This document shows, piece after piece, positions 1 to 12,407 of a DNA stretch of 64,000 bases. The notes under the pieces were generated by a model. It worked only from the letters and a program-made list of their open reading frames with translations, was not told the origin of the DNA and did not search any database. The stretch comes from Podospora anserina. Taxonomy: Eukaryota. The position numbers were made by a program, and so were the translations under genes. Each line of letters opens with the position of its first letter. Position 1 is the first letter of the stretch. The DNA lies in contig CM030333.1 of the NCBI GenBank assembly GCA_017654855.1, forward strand, positions 4,092,001 through 4,156,000. The letters run 5' to 3'.

Positions 1-3000
1 AATTGATATCTGATATCTCGTCCTGATACTCGCATCTTTTTGCTCCTTTCGTTTCCCACCGTGATCTTTTGGTGCCGACCTGCAAATCAGGGGCGCTCGA
101 TGACAGCCATCTCGACTGGACGCAGCCATCAGCCGTTGGCGACGAGATCTGAGAGGCAGTGAGATCCTGCTTGTGACGTTGCCTGCCGACGCGTCTTGTG
201 ATGAGTGGTGTAGCTCCCGCAACGGGGGCATCTCGAAATCAAGCACTGTGTGGCGTTTCTGACCCGCGGAGACGGGTACGGGGGAAGGGCCAGGTCCCCT
301 CTTGAGTGGAAGGGCCATTTACAGCTAGCGGATGTAACCGATATCTCTACCCGGCCAATGGCAGCGCGGGAGCACGGAGACTGGAACGTGCTGTCGGGAC
401 TGCCTCAGCTTCACCAGGCGAGGGGATCCCAGACAAGAGGGGGGAACTGAAGCAATTGCTTGCGAAGCTTGACAGACGCCATTTCATGGTCAACTTTGGC
501 GCCACTGGTAGTGTGAAAGCACCTTGATAGACGGCGTCCTCCAGGTCCCCTCTAGTAGACCCCTCAGCGTTCATGTCGGACATTGTAACTGCTTCGCAGG
601 TCAATAGCACGGAGCGGGCGCCTATTTACTGGTTTTTTCTCCCGAGCCGGTGTACGTTTGGGCCAGCACTCGGGCGAAATGTTTTCGTATGGCTTCGGAC
701 TCGGGACAAGAGATGGCTGTCTCGGCGACCTCCCGATTGGAATACCATCTCGGCGCGGCGAAGACGCAGCGGGTATACACTGTGTGCTACACCACCTCAC
801 TGTCTTCACTGTTCATCGGGTGTCGTGTAATGCTCTTGTGAACGGTTCCCAGAACAGAAAGAGGTTGCAACCCCCACGCTGCAGCTGTTAGTCATCAGTA
901 AAAGGTCGATGACGAGCAATCTGGGAGGTATCTCTGCCCCTCATCCCTTTTCCTGGGTCTGGCGATACGTATCAGGTTGGCTGTCGACCCCACTATCATT
1001 TTTCAAGTTTTATTTCCGCGTCTGATGATGCCCAAGGTCGTATGGGGGCCCAAAATTGCAGTGACCACGCATTTCAAGCATTGCTTGCGAGGGGAGTGAG
1101 CTGTTTTATGTCCTGGCCAACGTTGGGGCAGCATGCCAACACGTGGGTTTGTCGTGCTGCTGACAGTTCGGTGTTTGAAAAGGTCATCCTCTTTGGGTCG
1201 GTATTCGAAGCGGCATGGTGTGGTGAAGACGATGTTGGGAGGCGTCGGTCCCGTGACTAGAGTGGTGATGAGGTTCTTTGGTGGCTGGTCAGCCTCACCT
1301 GTTCCCATCTCGCAGACCAACAAACAGTATCTACCAGTCTCTGGCCGTGGTGAAGGTAGAAACTTGATAGGTTTGATTAGTGGGTGACATCGTTTGAACT
1401 CGTGCGTTTGAGATACGGTACGGACGACATCTCGATCCCTATATCAAGGACCGCACACCTCCGCGATTCTCCGCACTACTGTACAGCAGACAAAGCCGGC
1501 ATGGCAAGATCCTAAAAGTGTGCTTCGCGGCGTGCATTGAGGTCCTGGCGAATTTAAAAATGAGGGGGGATGGTGAGGGTGCACCCACGTAGGGACGTCC
1601 CGCAAACCACAACGCTGGAATCAGCCCCTGCAAGGATTGGATATACAGGCTAGCCCTGAACCAGACATCCGACTGTTCGTGATGTGGAGAGCAGATGGTG
1701 TGCACAGTATCCGTCTTTTCAGCCAAAGGCAATAGTAGTCGAGAGGTAGGATTCAACTATGGGTGTAATCACACACACCATCGCGATGGACCGACTTTCC
1801 TCATATTTCCAGGCTCAGTCATTCTGCCCGCGTCTCGAGTGTTGGCAACTTGGAAACAGCAGCTATGAAGTCAGCGATTTCAAGAAAAGCCCACACTCGG
1901 CTCAGACCGATCAACAATCTCCTTTATCCCACTGGACTCGAATTTCAAAAGGCACTCGCGCATCTTGCTCCCCCCCCCCTTCGCTTACCAGGTCCTTGGC
2001 CCTGACTAGTGCCTCCGGGGAAGTGTTAAGCGTACCGGAAGCCCTGGCAAATCCACTCGTGAACCGAATCAACGGGTCATTTGGCTGAAACGACCATGTC
2101 TGCGGAGACAGGATTGGCATCTGGGGCGGCGCTAGTGTAGACATATCAACTCATCCGGGATTCCCTGCGTGCGTGTCATTGTGCCTGCCATGGCTCTCCA
2201 TACAGGCACACGTGCTCGACGTGTAACAGCTCGTGGGGTCTCTGGTGCTGTGTAGTGTCGACAAATGGTGATGGCGAGGGATTGCTCGCAGTGGTCGAGG
2301 AGAGATGCATTCGCCAGAGGCTGATCAAGATGCGAGAGGCACCTGCTGAATCTGGCCCGGCTGCTGCTGCAGGTTCCTGTGACGCACATCCCACATCACT
2401 CCGCACCGGGTGCCCTCTTGCGCCTCTAGTATAGAAAATGACGGGTCGCATCCCGAGCAAAGACTTGTGGAGGCGGATTGGCATCCGGGGCGTCTAGTTT
2501 GCGTGTTAGCGCACTGTTTTAGCGGGATGCGCCTTTGCTGGACCTGGACCGCGGAACCGCTTGCAGTCTCCAGAGGCCGGCGACCAGTCGTGGTGGATGA
2601 AGCAGCAGGTTGTCAGGCGACGGGCAGCAATTTTCGACAAAACGGATCCGGCTGTCTGTTGTTACATACAGTCGGCGCACGGTGTTGATGGCCCCGGATG
2701 ACGTTCCGGGCTGGAGAGTGGAGGCCAAGCATCGTCTGGTTGGAGACATGCTGGGCCAGTCACGGGACGGCATCGAGGTGCTCTGCGGCTTGTCCTTGCC
2801 TCGCCCTCGTTACCCCTTGCATTGGGAACTTTCAGTCGATTCTCACGGACAAGACCTGACATCTTGCATCTCAGACGAAGTGGGTGATATTTGCGAATGG
2901 GTTTTGTGACAGAATCCGGACCGGACCTTGACCTGCTTTCGAGTCTGAGGATCCAGATTCCATTTCCTTGTCAGTTCGGTTGCTGGCGGTTAATGGCGAT

Positions 3001-5383
3001 GTCTCGGTCTCACCCACAATAAAAGAACGGTAAGATGGGCACTGACGGTAAGCCCCAGGTAAGCCCCAGGTGTGAAGGCGGGGAAAGAAACGATGGAACG
3101 TTGGCAAGAAGAAGATGATCGGCCGCCAGGCGAGAAACGGGCCGCCCTGAAATCGCATGACGTTTTGAACTGATGAGGGCATTATGCTGAGCTATTTCGG
3201 TCCTGTATTGAAACCTTGAAACTTTGCACAAAAGTGGAGGCGAAAAATAGCGGTTGACACCAGCTGAGGTCGTCCCGAGCTGTGCGCACGGTCCCAGCTG
3301 CCCTGAGCTTAGCTGGTGTGCGCTCTGCTGTTAGTCCACCCACTGTAATTGCCTCTCCAACACTAACGCGAGGCGGAAAGCTGAGCTGGTCCCTGGAATT
3401 CAAGAGACCCGACGCCGCAGATGTCCAACTGGCGCCACAAGTGCACACACCCACCCCAACCGTGGTATTGGAAACGCGACTGCCGAGCTACCTGTACACT
3501 ACCTATCATCACCAGATGTGTTTTGAAAAGAAAACATCGCCCCCGGGAATATGCGGTAATTGAAGGGTGGGACAAGACCTGGGACAAGACCTGTGAGTGC
3601 CGTCCCGCCCCGAGACTTGGTGATGTTCTGGGAACACTGACAGCGGACAGTGGACAGGTGGGGGTTGATGTTGGGAATTGCCGCGCTGAGCTTGATGAAA
3701 TGTTAAGAGCTGGGCTAAGATAATTGCACCGTGACATGCCAAGCATCCGGGCTTGATGCCTCACTCCCGGTTCTTGGGAGTGGTGGGTGCTGCATGCAGT
3801 GCTCCATTCTCTGGGTCCTTGGCTATACCACGAGCAGTATAGTGCATCCACTAGAGACCCTTGTTCGTGTGCATCGCCAGCTGCCACACCTCGCCGTCGG
3901 CCCCATCAAAAAAAAGAGTTGCGAAATCAACCTCACTTCTTCTTGAAAGGGAAGAAGACACGGAGACAATGACGCGCTGTCTCGGGACGCCCAAGCCCAT
4001 CACCTCCTCCATGTCAGACCTTTAACCCGCCCGCGGGGTACCGCGAAGATCCGAAAAAGAAAGGGACTTACTCAAACCACTTGGTCCACGAGATGTGCAT
4101 CATTGAGCAACGAACGAGTCGTCATCTCTCCCGGAGCCTCTCTCGCTAATGACGATGGAGAGCACGGCAGACGAAGACAATGCCTCATCCGCTCGCCGGC
4201 CTACTGTTGAAGCCGCCCCGTCCGTCCCTTCCGCCTTTCCGCCCGCCGCCTCATCAGGCGCGGTGGATTCCATACTTTTCTTATACGAGGCTGGACTCCA
4301 TAGCGGGCATCACTCTCATTCCCCTCTCATCCCCCTCCTACAACTGCCGTCCCGCTGCGGTCAGCACATAACCAAAGACGCCAAAACCTGCGGTACCTGC
4401 TGCACGAGTTGTTGGCCGGTGATGGTCACAGTGGAAGGATGGCTCACATTGCATCTAGAGTGCAGCCGGGCTCAGCAGCCTGTGTTCCGGACTTACTGAC
4501 TTGAGCCAGACGCTGGACTCTTCTGCTGGTGTCTGGCCGTCTTTCATGTCTCATCGGTCTTGTCGTCTCCACATTCTGCCACTTGGATGATGGGTGTGGT
4601 GGGAACGAAGGCGGGCGAGCAAGGAGGTCGCCTTGCGCCCAGCTATCAACCCCAAGGAGACATCCACTCCCCCCCCCTTGTCCCCTGTTCCAAAGAACTC
4701 CCCAATCCTCGGTAACGAAATCCCCCGGCTGGTTCTCTCCCCATGTATCCATGCTTCATCTGGATCACGATCCACCTCAGGTTCGTGTGGTGGGGGTCGA
4801 GGGATGGTCTGTTTCTTGGGGGTGGGAGGAGGTACTTTTGGCCTTGTACCTTTTTCTTCTTTTTTTTCTTTATTGCTGCGGAGCTGCCCCGTGCCCAAAC
4901 ACCCACCCAGCCTGCCAAGTGCAGTATCGTTTATTGAGCATGGTACAAGCCTCTATTTGAACAAGATCTCCGAACGGCCATGGCAGCCCAGTCGATTGGC
5001 TCAGTCAGATCGTACCCCAGCTACTTACTCTCCTCCTCCTTGGGTCCTGGTGTTGATATATGTCTCCCCCCTCTCCCCACGCCCGATCATCATCCAGTCT
5101 GCTTGGACATACATACATACATCCATACATATTATCTCTCCATCTGTGTATACTCATCATCACTTGCTTGTCAACGGACCTTGTGCCCAACGACAACAAG
5201 AGTCCTTTCTTTATTAATCATCACGGCGGACATTTGCTTTGCAGAGCCATCATCCCTCCCACACACACTCTCGCTCATACACCACCGTTGTATTTCCGGC
5301 TGACGGAAATCTCGCACCACATTGACAGTCAGTTCACATAACGCCAAGGACGAAGAAAGATCATAATATCAACTGGGCAAAAG

Positions 5384-7119
5384 ATGGCTCTCTCGGAACA
5401 CCTCCCGGCTCCTGCCAACTGGTCTCGGTGGCCTCAGCATCATCCCACAAGCGGAGACTACGCCATGATGGAGCACAACGTGATGCCGTACGAGTCTCGT
5501 CAGGCAACGGCCGCTCCCCCTCAACGACCCCCTTTGGCCTCCCAGTACTTTAGCAGCACCCCCTTCAGTCTCGCCCCCATCACTAACGGCGTGCCAGCGC
5601 CTCAATACCAACCACCCGTCACCTACAGCGGATATCACTCATACACACCATCTCCAGTCCTGGGTTCACCTTTCAGAGCCAACACTTACCCGGAACAGCA
5701 GACGAGGGTCATGCCAGTCGAGTCCGGTCTTGCCCGAGGGTCAGTGACGCCCCATGCCGGCCATTCACCAGTGCAGGAAAACCAGAGTCCATCAGTCAAA
5801 GCCGAACGTCAACTCTCCATCACTGCCGAGGTCACGATGCCCTGCAAGACGATCGAGGCGAACTTGACCGTGGCTGGCCAGCAACCCCACGAGTTCCATA
5901 CCCCATTGGATACTCTGATGAAGGCGGTCCAGGCCAAGGCCGAGAAGCCAGCTGAGTGCAAGACCGAAACCTCAGGGACAGAGGCTCAAGGCAGAGGGGT
6001 AAGTTGACCGTAATTGCTGGTCAGGCATGGTCCTAATCTAACCTGTCTGCGATGAATAGCTACCATCCTCTTCGCAAAGCCAGGCGTCCACACGAACGAG
6101 AAGAAGCGTTGCTGGGAGCGGTGGTCCACTCAAGCGTTACGCCTGCGGTATCGCTGGGTGCTCCAAGATGTTTAGCCAGAAAACACACCTCGACACTCAT
6201 CGGCGAGCCCATACGGGAGAGTCACCTTATGTAAGTTCTGTCTGGTTTTCCTGTGTTGTGTGAATGGCCGTTCTAACTTGTAAATAGCAATGCACCCTGT
6301 GTGGCAAAGACTTCACTCAGCCAGGAAACCTCAAGGCCCACTGGCGCCGGCACATGGGAGAGAAGCCTTTCTCTTGCACTCTGTGTGATAAGCGCTTCCC
6401 CCAGCGCGGAAACCTCCAGGCTCATATGAAGAGCCACGACAAGACGAGGCCCTTCATCTGCCTGCTCGATAACTGCAACAAAGCCTTCTCTGTTCGGGGA
6501 AATCTCAAGGTAGGCTCCTTGCATCGACCTCAAGGATCTGGTCGTACAAGCTAACGCTCTGTAGTCTCACCAAAACAAGTTCCACGAGGACACCATCAAA
6601 AGACTAACAACCCGTTTCGCTACCATCACCGACTGGAGCACCGCCTCCTACGAGGACAAGGAGCTGTTCGAGTACCTATCCAACCTCTACAAGAACAGCA
6701 ACAAGGGAATCAAGGGCCGAGGAAAAAGGCGGAATGTTGCCGTCGTCGTTCCCCAGCATCACCAAGGCCACCTCAGCACACCCGTCAGCCCGACGAACTC
6801 GACCCATCATCACCACCCCCATCAGTCACCGATGCATCTCCACCACACTGGTCTCCCGCAACTCCAGCTCTGCATGCCCCAGCCAAGACACGACGGCCTC
6901 CCGTACCACGGCGTCAGCAGCCCCGCGGCATACAACATGAGCAGCCGACCGGCAAGCCTGATGGTCAACACGGGCGGGCGAAGACCACACAGCGGATACG
7001 GCATGTACGACACCGACGAGAGCAGCGTTTCCAGTAGCGGACCTGTTACGCCAAACCCGCACATGTATGGGGATGACCACGGGAGGGATCTTGCTTTTAA
7101 TGACAGGATGCCATACTAA
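5384..7119 (+). CDS. azf1: C2H2 zinc-finger transcription factor, Azf1-like. Exons 5384-5998, 6060-6230, 6288-6509, 6565-7119
   Basis: Three GT-AG introns with CTAAC-type branch sites join in frame. The product has four C2H2 fingers (CGIAGC..HRRAH, CTLC..HWRRH, CTLC..HMKSH, CLLDNC..HQNKFH) followed by [14 protein letters not shown], which is characteristic of fungal Azf1 proteins. Confidence 0.88.
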
Positions 7120-9748
7120 GTGTTTTCATGTTTCCTCTCTGGGCAGGGCTGTCTGAACACACTTTTCGCCTTTTTCAGTTTTCACTTTCTTTATTTGCTC
7201 ACCGGGCAACTTTGTTACATTATATCTCCCCTTGTATTTGTCTTTTTTCTTTTTTTTTTCCTCTTCACTCTACAGGGTTGGTCATTGTCTTTCAAAAACT
7301 TAACGTCCTATTAGGACTTGCATTTTGTTCTCAAAAAAGCGTTGCTCGGGTGGGCGGTTTGGCAAACCAAGAAGGGAAAGAATCCTGTTGTGTTTTTGAT
7401 GGGGCTTGCAGCGTCGGTGGTACATGTTGTTTTACTTTTGATTTTTACGTATGTCTGCAATGTTTCGCCTTGTTTTGTTTGTCTATTTGCTTTTTTTTTT
7501 GTTTTCACATATATAATCCCCCCGAGATGGGGTGGCGGGATCACGGTACACAACAATGGGAGGAATAAGGGGGGAACACACGAACGGTATGCCAGGCAGG
7601 GAACTTGACTAGGTAACCAAGGGGGGGGGGAGGCGTCATTTGAAATCAAAGCGGCTTGTTTTTGCATTGGGAAGGAAGGGTTGCAAAGGGAAAGGGATGG
7701 GGATGATGGGATGGGATAAGGGGCGGCAGGGTAGAGATGTAACAATTTGTGGTTTTGTTTTGTTGGCTTTTGCATTATATATAGTTGCATTGTTTTTGCA
7801 TTGGCCTTATTTTTGCATTGGCCATTGAGGAGGATAACCGACCCTATGCTAGTGGGAGTCTTGGTTGCAAAATGAGCTGGAAGGAGGTGTGATGGTGTTG
7901 GTGGTGTACAATGATGGGTGGATGGGAAGCTTGAACAAGTTTGACACCCCCCTTGCCTTGAGAAGAGCGGTAGTCAAAAAACCAGATAGTTGCTTACTAC
8001 AGCATAAACCAACGATACCAAACTAAACTCGTTGTCTCGAGCAAATGTGAAACTTATTGCTGCCCAACTATGTATTGTCCTCTCGTATTCCTGCTGACAT
8101 CTCTACCGGCGAAAACTGGTGATCAATATTTGACCGCAATAGTTTCTTCCCGCCCACAATAACGCCGTAATGACATTATGGGGTTTTCTGCTGATCCCGA
8201 ATCCAGCAGGCGTCCAGCCAGCCCCAGCCAGCCCTACCGGTATTGAATCAAGAACCGCCTTCTGACCAACCCAACCCATCATCACCAACTGCTGCCTAGT
8301 CCAGATCAACTTCCTTCCTCCCCCTTCGTGATCAACAGAGTCAATAAAGTCAGCAAACAGTGTGCATAGACTCCTTGCCTCTTCCCCCCCCCTCTTCCCC
8401 AGCTCAAAGACAAGGGCCCGCGGGGAAACTTGCCGCACCTGGATTGCAGTCTAGCCTAGGCCCCCCTTCCCCGGTTTCCCATCCCACACGCTCCCCATTT
8501 CCCGGGTCAGACACTAAACAGGGGAGGGGTTCCAGTCCAGGGCTGACAGCCAGCCAAATCCTCATCGGCGACGAGGCCGGCCGGTGGACGGTTATACCCC
8601 AGACCGGACTATCTCAGAACACAGCCCAAACCCCGGACGGACCCGCAGCTGTCAACTGTCAGAAAACGCCCCCAACCCCATTGTTTTCATTACCTCTTCC
8701 TGTCCAGGGACCCCTACGGAGTGAAGAGGGTCATTTCGCCGGGGCAAGACTCACTTCGGATAATACCAAGCAACGCCCGACCGACCGACCGACCGACCGA
8801 CTGACTGGCTGGTGATGAACAGAGGGTGCGGAGAGGAGAAGCTTGGACGGATGCCGGGGATACATAACAGCCACCCCGGTTAGGTACGGTGGGAGTTTAT
8901 TATTGACCCAATCATCACCGGATCTTCCAGAACGGTCGTCGTCCAGGTTTTTGTCAACGTCAACCCCCACTCTCCTAGTGTGCCTGTCCGGTCCACGCGC
9001 GTATTTGCCTTGTTGAGCCGGGTCATCTAATATCAAAAGAGAAGCCTCACCGCCCACGGATCAACAGGGGAACAAGTGAAAGAGGGGGCATGTGAGCTTG
9101 TTGAAAGGGTGCTGTAGCCGGACTCCCCGTCCCAACTCCGGGTTCACGGAACCGGCAGAAGGTTGCACAAGGTCGAGTGACAAGATTTGGCGACTCTTGT
9201 CACACCGCTCAAATTGGAAGGTTCTGTGTAAATGGTGCTGTGTGATGAATCGTGCCGAGAGGTCAGGTGAGTGAATATACTATGGAGGTCTGGACACCAA
9301 GGAAATGTTACACTGGGCAAACCACAACCTCGAAGCATGGCAAAACCCTCCTCAGCCAGGGTCAACAACTGTGCTTTCACGGGCTGGGTCACAAGAACTG
9401 GATGCAAAGGGTAGGCCAATGCAGGCAGCTGCTCAATGGCTTCTGCACCAATTCCAAAGAACAAACAAACTCGATTTAACGCACCCAGTAACCCCCAACC
9501 AATCCCGACAGTGTCAAAAGAGCAATAACGATACAGAAACCAACCTCACAACCCCCAAAGCATTCTGCCACGTCCATTCGCTCTGCCCCGTCAACGCCAT
9601 TGTGGTGATTTGCCAACCTGAAGAAATTAACCCCCAACCACTCAAGCCCAAATGTCCCGTATCCTCTAATGAGCTCAAATCCTCTGCACAATGTCTCCCA
9701 GAATATCATAAGACCATATCCCACCCAATTCATCCCATAAAACAACCA

Positions 9749-9792
9749 AAAAAAACACCAAAAAAACACCAAAAAAACACCAAAAAAACACC
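9749..9792. repeat. Tandem 11-mer (AAAAAAACACC)x4 just past the stop of the RFTS-domain gene
   Basis: Read directly; GU-rich on the minus (transcribed) strand. Confidence 0.9.
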
Positions 9793-9820
9793 AAAAAAAA
9801 ACCCAAGAATCCAAACCAAC

Positions 9821-12024
9821 TCAAACCAGCAACCTAGTCTTCACCCTATCCCTAAACACCTGGGCCTTCTCGTCCGGCTTGTTGTCCTTACCACCCAACA
9901 CCCCCCTCTTCTTCTTCAACGACTCTTTCCCCTTCTCTCGAATCTTTGCTAGCAGATTACTAAGATACAAACCACATCAGCAAAACCATCCCTCACATAA
10001 CAATACACGAAGCACGCATAGAAGCCAAAGGAGAAGCTACGTACTCAATAGGCAAATGGCCCCTCCTCCCCTCCGTCAGTGCCAGGTCAATTTTCTGCGT
10101 GTTGTACTCATGAGCCCGGAAATGCTCCTCGATGATCTCTTGTGCGCCGGGCTCGTCGGCCGAGCGGACTACATAGCCGCATTCCTCGTTTGGACAGACC
10201 CACGAGCCGTTTGGCCCTGATGGTGACAAAGTTGGGAGACGTTCGGCTTGGATCACAATGCGAGAAGCACCTGCTGGCAGAGGCAGGAGGGATGCAGGGT
10301 CGTCGGGGGTTGCCAGCTCTGGATTTACCTCCGTTTCGACAGAATCGTCGCTGTCTTCATCGCCGTCATCGTGATCCAAATTGTCCCCTTCGAAAGACTG
10401 AGTGAAACTGCGCTTCCCACCCCGGCTGTCGTATTCATCCTCGTCTTCGTACAAATCGCTAGCTGGCCGCTTCTTCGACGATGGCCCTGGCCTCAGCGTC
10501 GACCGCTTCCCAGAGACGACGTTACGATTCGAAGTAGTTTGGGCGGAGGGCTGCTGTGGTGCCCTCGGGGCTCTGGGTCCTATTTTGCCTCTGCGATACA
10601 TCTGTGAGGGGATTTCCTCCTCCCTGACGTGCAAAAGCTGCCCGTCCCAGTTTCGCGACGTTGCCTCGAGCCACGTATGGAAGGGGGTCCCGGCCCAGAT
10701 GTTCGGGTCCAGCCGTGGGAACAAGTCTTTGGCGTAATAAGAGAGAATCTCACGAGATCCATGATAGTCCTTGATTTTAGCTTTGAAATAGACCATGTTG
10801 AAAATCGTTGATGGTGCCCTAGCGTGTAAATCTGGGCTATCTTGAACCACCTCATCAAGGATTCCCAGAAGCCGATCAACCGGAGAATCGGGAACTGCCT
10901 GGGCAGCAGGAGAGGCCGACTGTGCCGGGGCCTGCGGCAGTGGCTGGGGCGTGGCTGACGTCGGCTTTCCGATGTTCAAGTACTTTTCCGGCAGTGGTAC
11001 CGGACTTTCTACTGGCCTTGACTGAGACTGCGAAATGGGTCTGCTCGGCAATTTCTGCGAGCGGGTAGGGGCAACTTCGACCATGTCAACATCTTGACCT
11101 TGGCTAACCGCTTTGCTCTTCCTTCTCATCCGAAGGACCTCGTCTTCGGAGTCCTCCAGCTGAGGAGGGGGAGGCACCGGAATGGGCAGCCCCTTAGCTG
11201 CGTCCTCAACCCGTTTTTCAAGCTCCTGGTTCGCGTTAGCGTTTAAACCTCAGACATAGAACGCTATACTTGCCGGGTGCTTCGAAATGAGCCACTGCGC
11301 AAATTGTGTCGGCTTCCAGTCGAGCTGGTTCTCTTTCTTAAAGTGCGAGATGAAGAACTCGGCCCACTTGTCGCACAGAGCCTCCACTTCGTCCCTCACA
11401 ATGCCGCTTCCAATCTTGACAGCATAATGCAGAAAGATCTGGTCGAGAGACAACGGGGGCGGCTGCTTTCTTCCGCTTTTCTTGCAGAGCTTGACCAACT
11501 TATGGTGATCGTCGTGGGCAACAAAGACACGATAGTAAAGGTTTGCTGCCTCGGCCACTTCCCGATACATAGGAAGGTACTTCCTGGATGGTTGGATTTC
11601 GAACCAACCAGAAGTACCGGACACCCAGAGGGCGAACGGCTCATCACTAATGGAGTACTTGGTTGAGTCTGTGATTTCGAGATGTACACCCTTGACCACG
11701 GGAATTTTGACACCTGACGTTGATGGTCAGCCATAAGAGTCTCTGAAGGAATGAAGTGAGCACACATTTCTTGGTTTCTTCGTCGATTTCAAGCAATCCG
11801 CGAATCACCAAAGGTCCTTCTGAATGAACCATGAGGGGGTTGGCGAGTGTTTTGCCATCTTTCCGATAAATAATAGCGTCCGAGAGGACAAAACAGGGCC
11901 ATTCGCCCTCGTCGGGGCCGAGTTCGACCGACGTCAGGGCTGCGCTCTCCTTGACATAATGAACAGAGTCGTGATCGACGGATTCAGAGCGCCTTGAACG
12001 CCCTGGCCGTCCTGGGCGTGGCAT
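9821..12024 (-). CDS. DNMT1 replication-foci (RFTS/RFD) domain protein with a C-terminal C2H2-like zinc motif; probable DIM-7/Raf2-type heterochromatin factor. Exons 12024-11766, 11713-11274, 11225-10045, 9959-9821
   Basis: Three ORF-track segments and a terminal exon join in frame through introns (one is GC-AG). The N-terminal WPCFVLSDAIIY..GPLVIRG..YSI..LWVSGTSGWFEI.PS..YLPMY resembles fungal DNMT1-RFD domains. The C-terminal CPNEEC..HFRAH resembles the Raf2 zinc finger. Orthology to DIM-7 is an inference. Confidence 0.72.
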
Positions 12025-12407
12025 CGAGAGCTTGCTTGGAAAAGAATCGCCAACTGGTGTCAGAATTTGGAGGGGTCGTGCATGTGAGGATAAAAATGAA
12101 GCTGAATACTGAGGTCGAGACGCGAAAGGAAGGCTGTCTGGAAGGCAGGTAGCGGGCGGTATCCTTGACGCGGTTGGTTGTCAAGCCACACGCGTTAAGT
12201 GGAAGGTGCCCCACTACCCCACTTATCTGTCCCGTCTCATCTGATAACGATAACTACTCTTCCCCTGGTTCCTCAGCTCCATCAAAAACTTTAAGCTCGA
12301 CCGCGACGCCGCCAATTCCACCCAAACCGAATGCGCTTGTCCCAAAACCAGCTGCGCAACCCCAATTGAGCCCCGGCAGAGTCGCAACTCTCTCACCAAC
12401 CCCTCGC

